This document shows positions 62,734-64,000 of a stretch of DNA of 64,000 bases, piece after piece; within the stretch, counting starts at the first letter, position 1, and every line of letters begins with the position of its first letter. A program made the translations under genes and the position numbers. The notes under the pieces were generated by a model. It did no database searches and was not told the DNA's origin. It worked only from the letters and a program-made list of their open reading frames with translations. The DNA is from Balanoglossus misakiensis (taxonomy: Eukaryota > Animalia > Hemichordata), in the NCBI GenBank assembly GCA_040954595.2, contig CM082587.2, positions 1,703,000 through 1,766,999 on the forward strand. The letters run 5' to 3'.

Positions 62734-64000
62734 ATGGCAACCAAACGACTCGGTGAGGTTTTCGGCAAACAGGCTCTCAGCAGCCACTTACACTGCGACT
62801 ATGTCGCTGACGTGCGCTGCGTCTCCGTCGATGGAAATACAGACTGGGCTGAGTTGGAGAAGGAAAACCCCTGGCTGGGAAGCGAAGTGAGTAGCCTTGT
62901 TTTCTAACAATTCATTCAGCTGTGTATTTGTGGAAATTTTGACATTTTTCTTTTGCTCTTGTATATCTTCAGGTTGGTTTTACAGATAAATTCACAGTCA
63001 GACAAATAAGTTAATACATACATACAATGCACATGCACACATTCAGTAGTATGATAGACTGATCCGGGTCAGGCCTGGTTCCGGATGTTAAAACCCAAAC
63101 CAACAAAATCAGTGCCAGGATATAAAGGTCACATAGTGTCACGAAAGTAGCCTATTGGAATTACTGCTCATTTATACAAGGAATCTTGATTGACATACAG
63201 AGTGGAAATTTATTTTAATAACTTCGACAGAAGCATTTCCCGTGTCATTTTTTTTAGAATCTGGTTGTGAAACCGGATCAACTCATCAAGAGACGAAGCA
63301 AACATGGACTGGTTCATCTCAACAAAGACTTGAAATCCGTCAAAGAATGGATAGCCGACTACCAAAGCAAGGAAATCGAGGTCAGTGACAGTATGCAGTT
63401 TTACTTGTACTTTTTTAAATTACTGGAGTAGCTTTTCGTTTATGTAGAATTACATTGTGTAAATTTTGTTTTATTTTTCGGATATATTTGTCGGACACTT
63501 ATACTTATTATCCTTTCTGGAATGTTTAATCAATGTGGTTTAACTCGTATGAAAGTAAAATGCCTAATTAAACTAATGTTCTTGTGCAGGTGGACGGGGT
63601 CAAGGGTCGCGTACAAAAGTTCATAGTCGAACCGTATGTTCCGCACGACCAGAAAGATGAGTACTACGCCTGCGTGTACTCCACCAGAGAAAATGACGTC
63701 ATCATGTTCCACCACGAAGGAGGCGTGGATGTTGGAAACATTGACGAGAAGGTGAGTCAAGTGCGGTGTCTCTGAGAAGTCGACAGTTTGTGTGATTAAT
63801 ATACATGATATTAGTTTTCTAACATACTGTGCAGGAATTTTACTAAGTGACCCAGTCAGGCAAGAGCAAGCGAAAATGAATGCTCACAAGTGAGCGAATA
63901 CACCCCGAAGAGAAGTCCAATGAATATATGGACTGACATGGCCCCAGCTTATTGGCTGACCCGATTTTGTTTCAGGCGAATAAATTAGCTGTCAGCATAG
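62734..64000 (+). CDS. ACLY: ATP-citrate lyase, N-terminal part (continues beyond the window)
   Basis: Exons 62734-62886, 63258-63380, 63590-63751, 63976->64000. MATKRLGE..DWAELEKENPWL..NLVVKPDQLIKRRSKHGLV..EPYVPH..FHHEGGVDVG matches the ACLY ATP-grasp N-terminus. Confidence 0.92.

Overview
Eukaryotic (animal) genomic DNA, AT-rich, with GT-AG introns; the gene content suggests an invertebrate deuterostome such as a hemichordate or echinoderm (inference). I spliced the gene models by hand. Left part: an unknown minus-strand gene head-to-head with TTC16, the ER zinc transporter SLC39A7/ZIP7, and a 77-aa Ala/Thr-rich secreted, probably GPI-anchored peptide missed by the ORF track. Middle: three intron-containing tRNA-Arg(UCU) genes plus a pseudo-copy, enclosing a TIR-Bbox-Bbox-coiled-coil gene and a 5'-truncated LINE. 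Right part (30.9-64 kb), the main candidate system: an apparent animal biosynthetic gene cluster. It comprises an ABCC4-like exporter with its own C-terminal PDZ domain, an iterative type I PKS (KS-AT-DH-MT-ER-KR-ACP, echinoderm Pks1-like architecture), a flavin monooxygenase and ATP-citrate lyase. The four genes form two divergent pairs, and their non-coding regions share a recurrent ACCCGGA(T/C/A) ETS-like motif.
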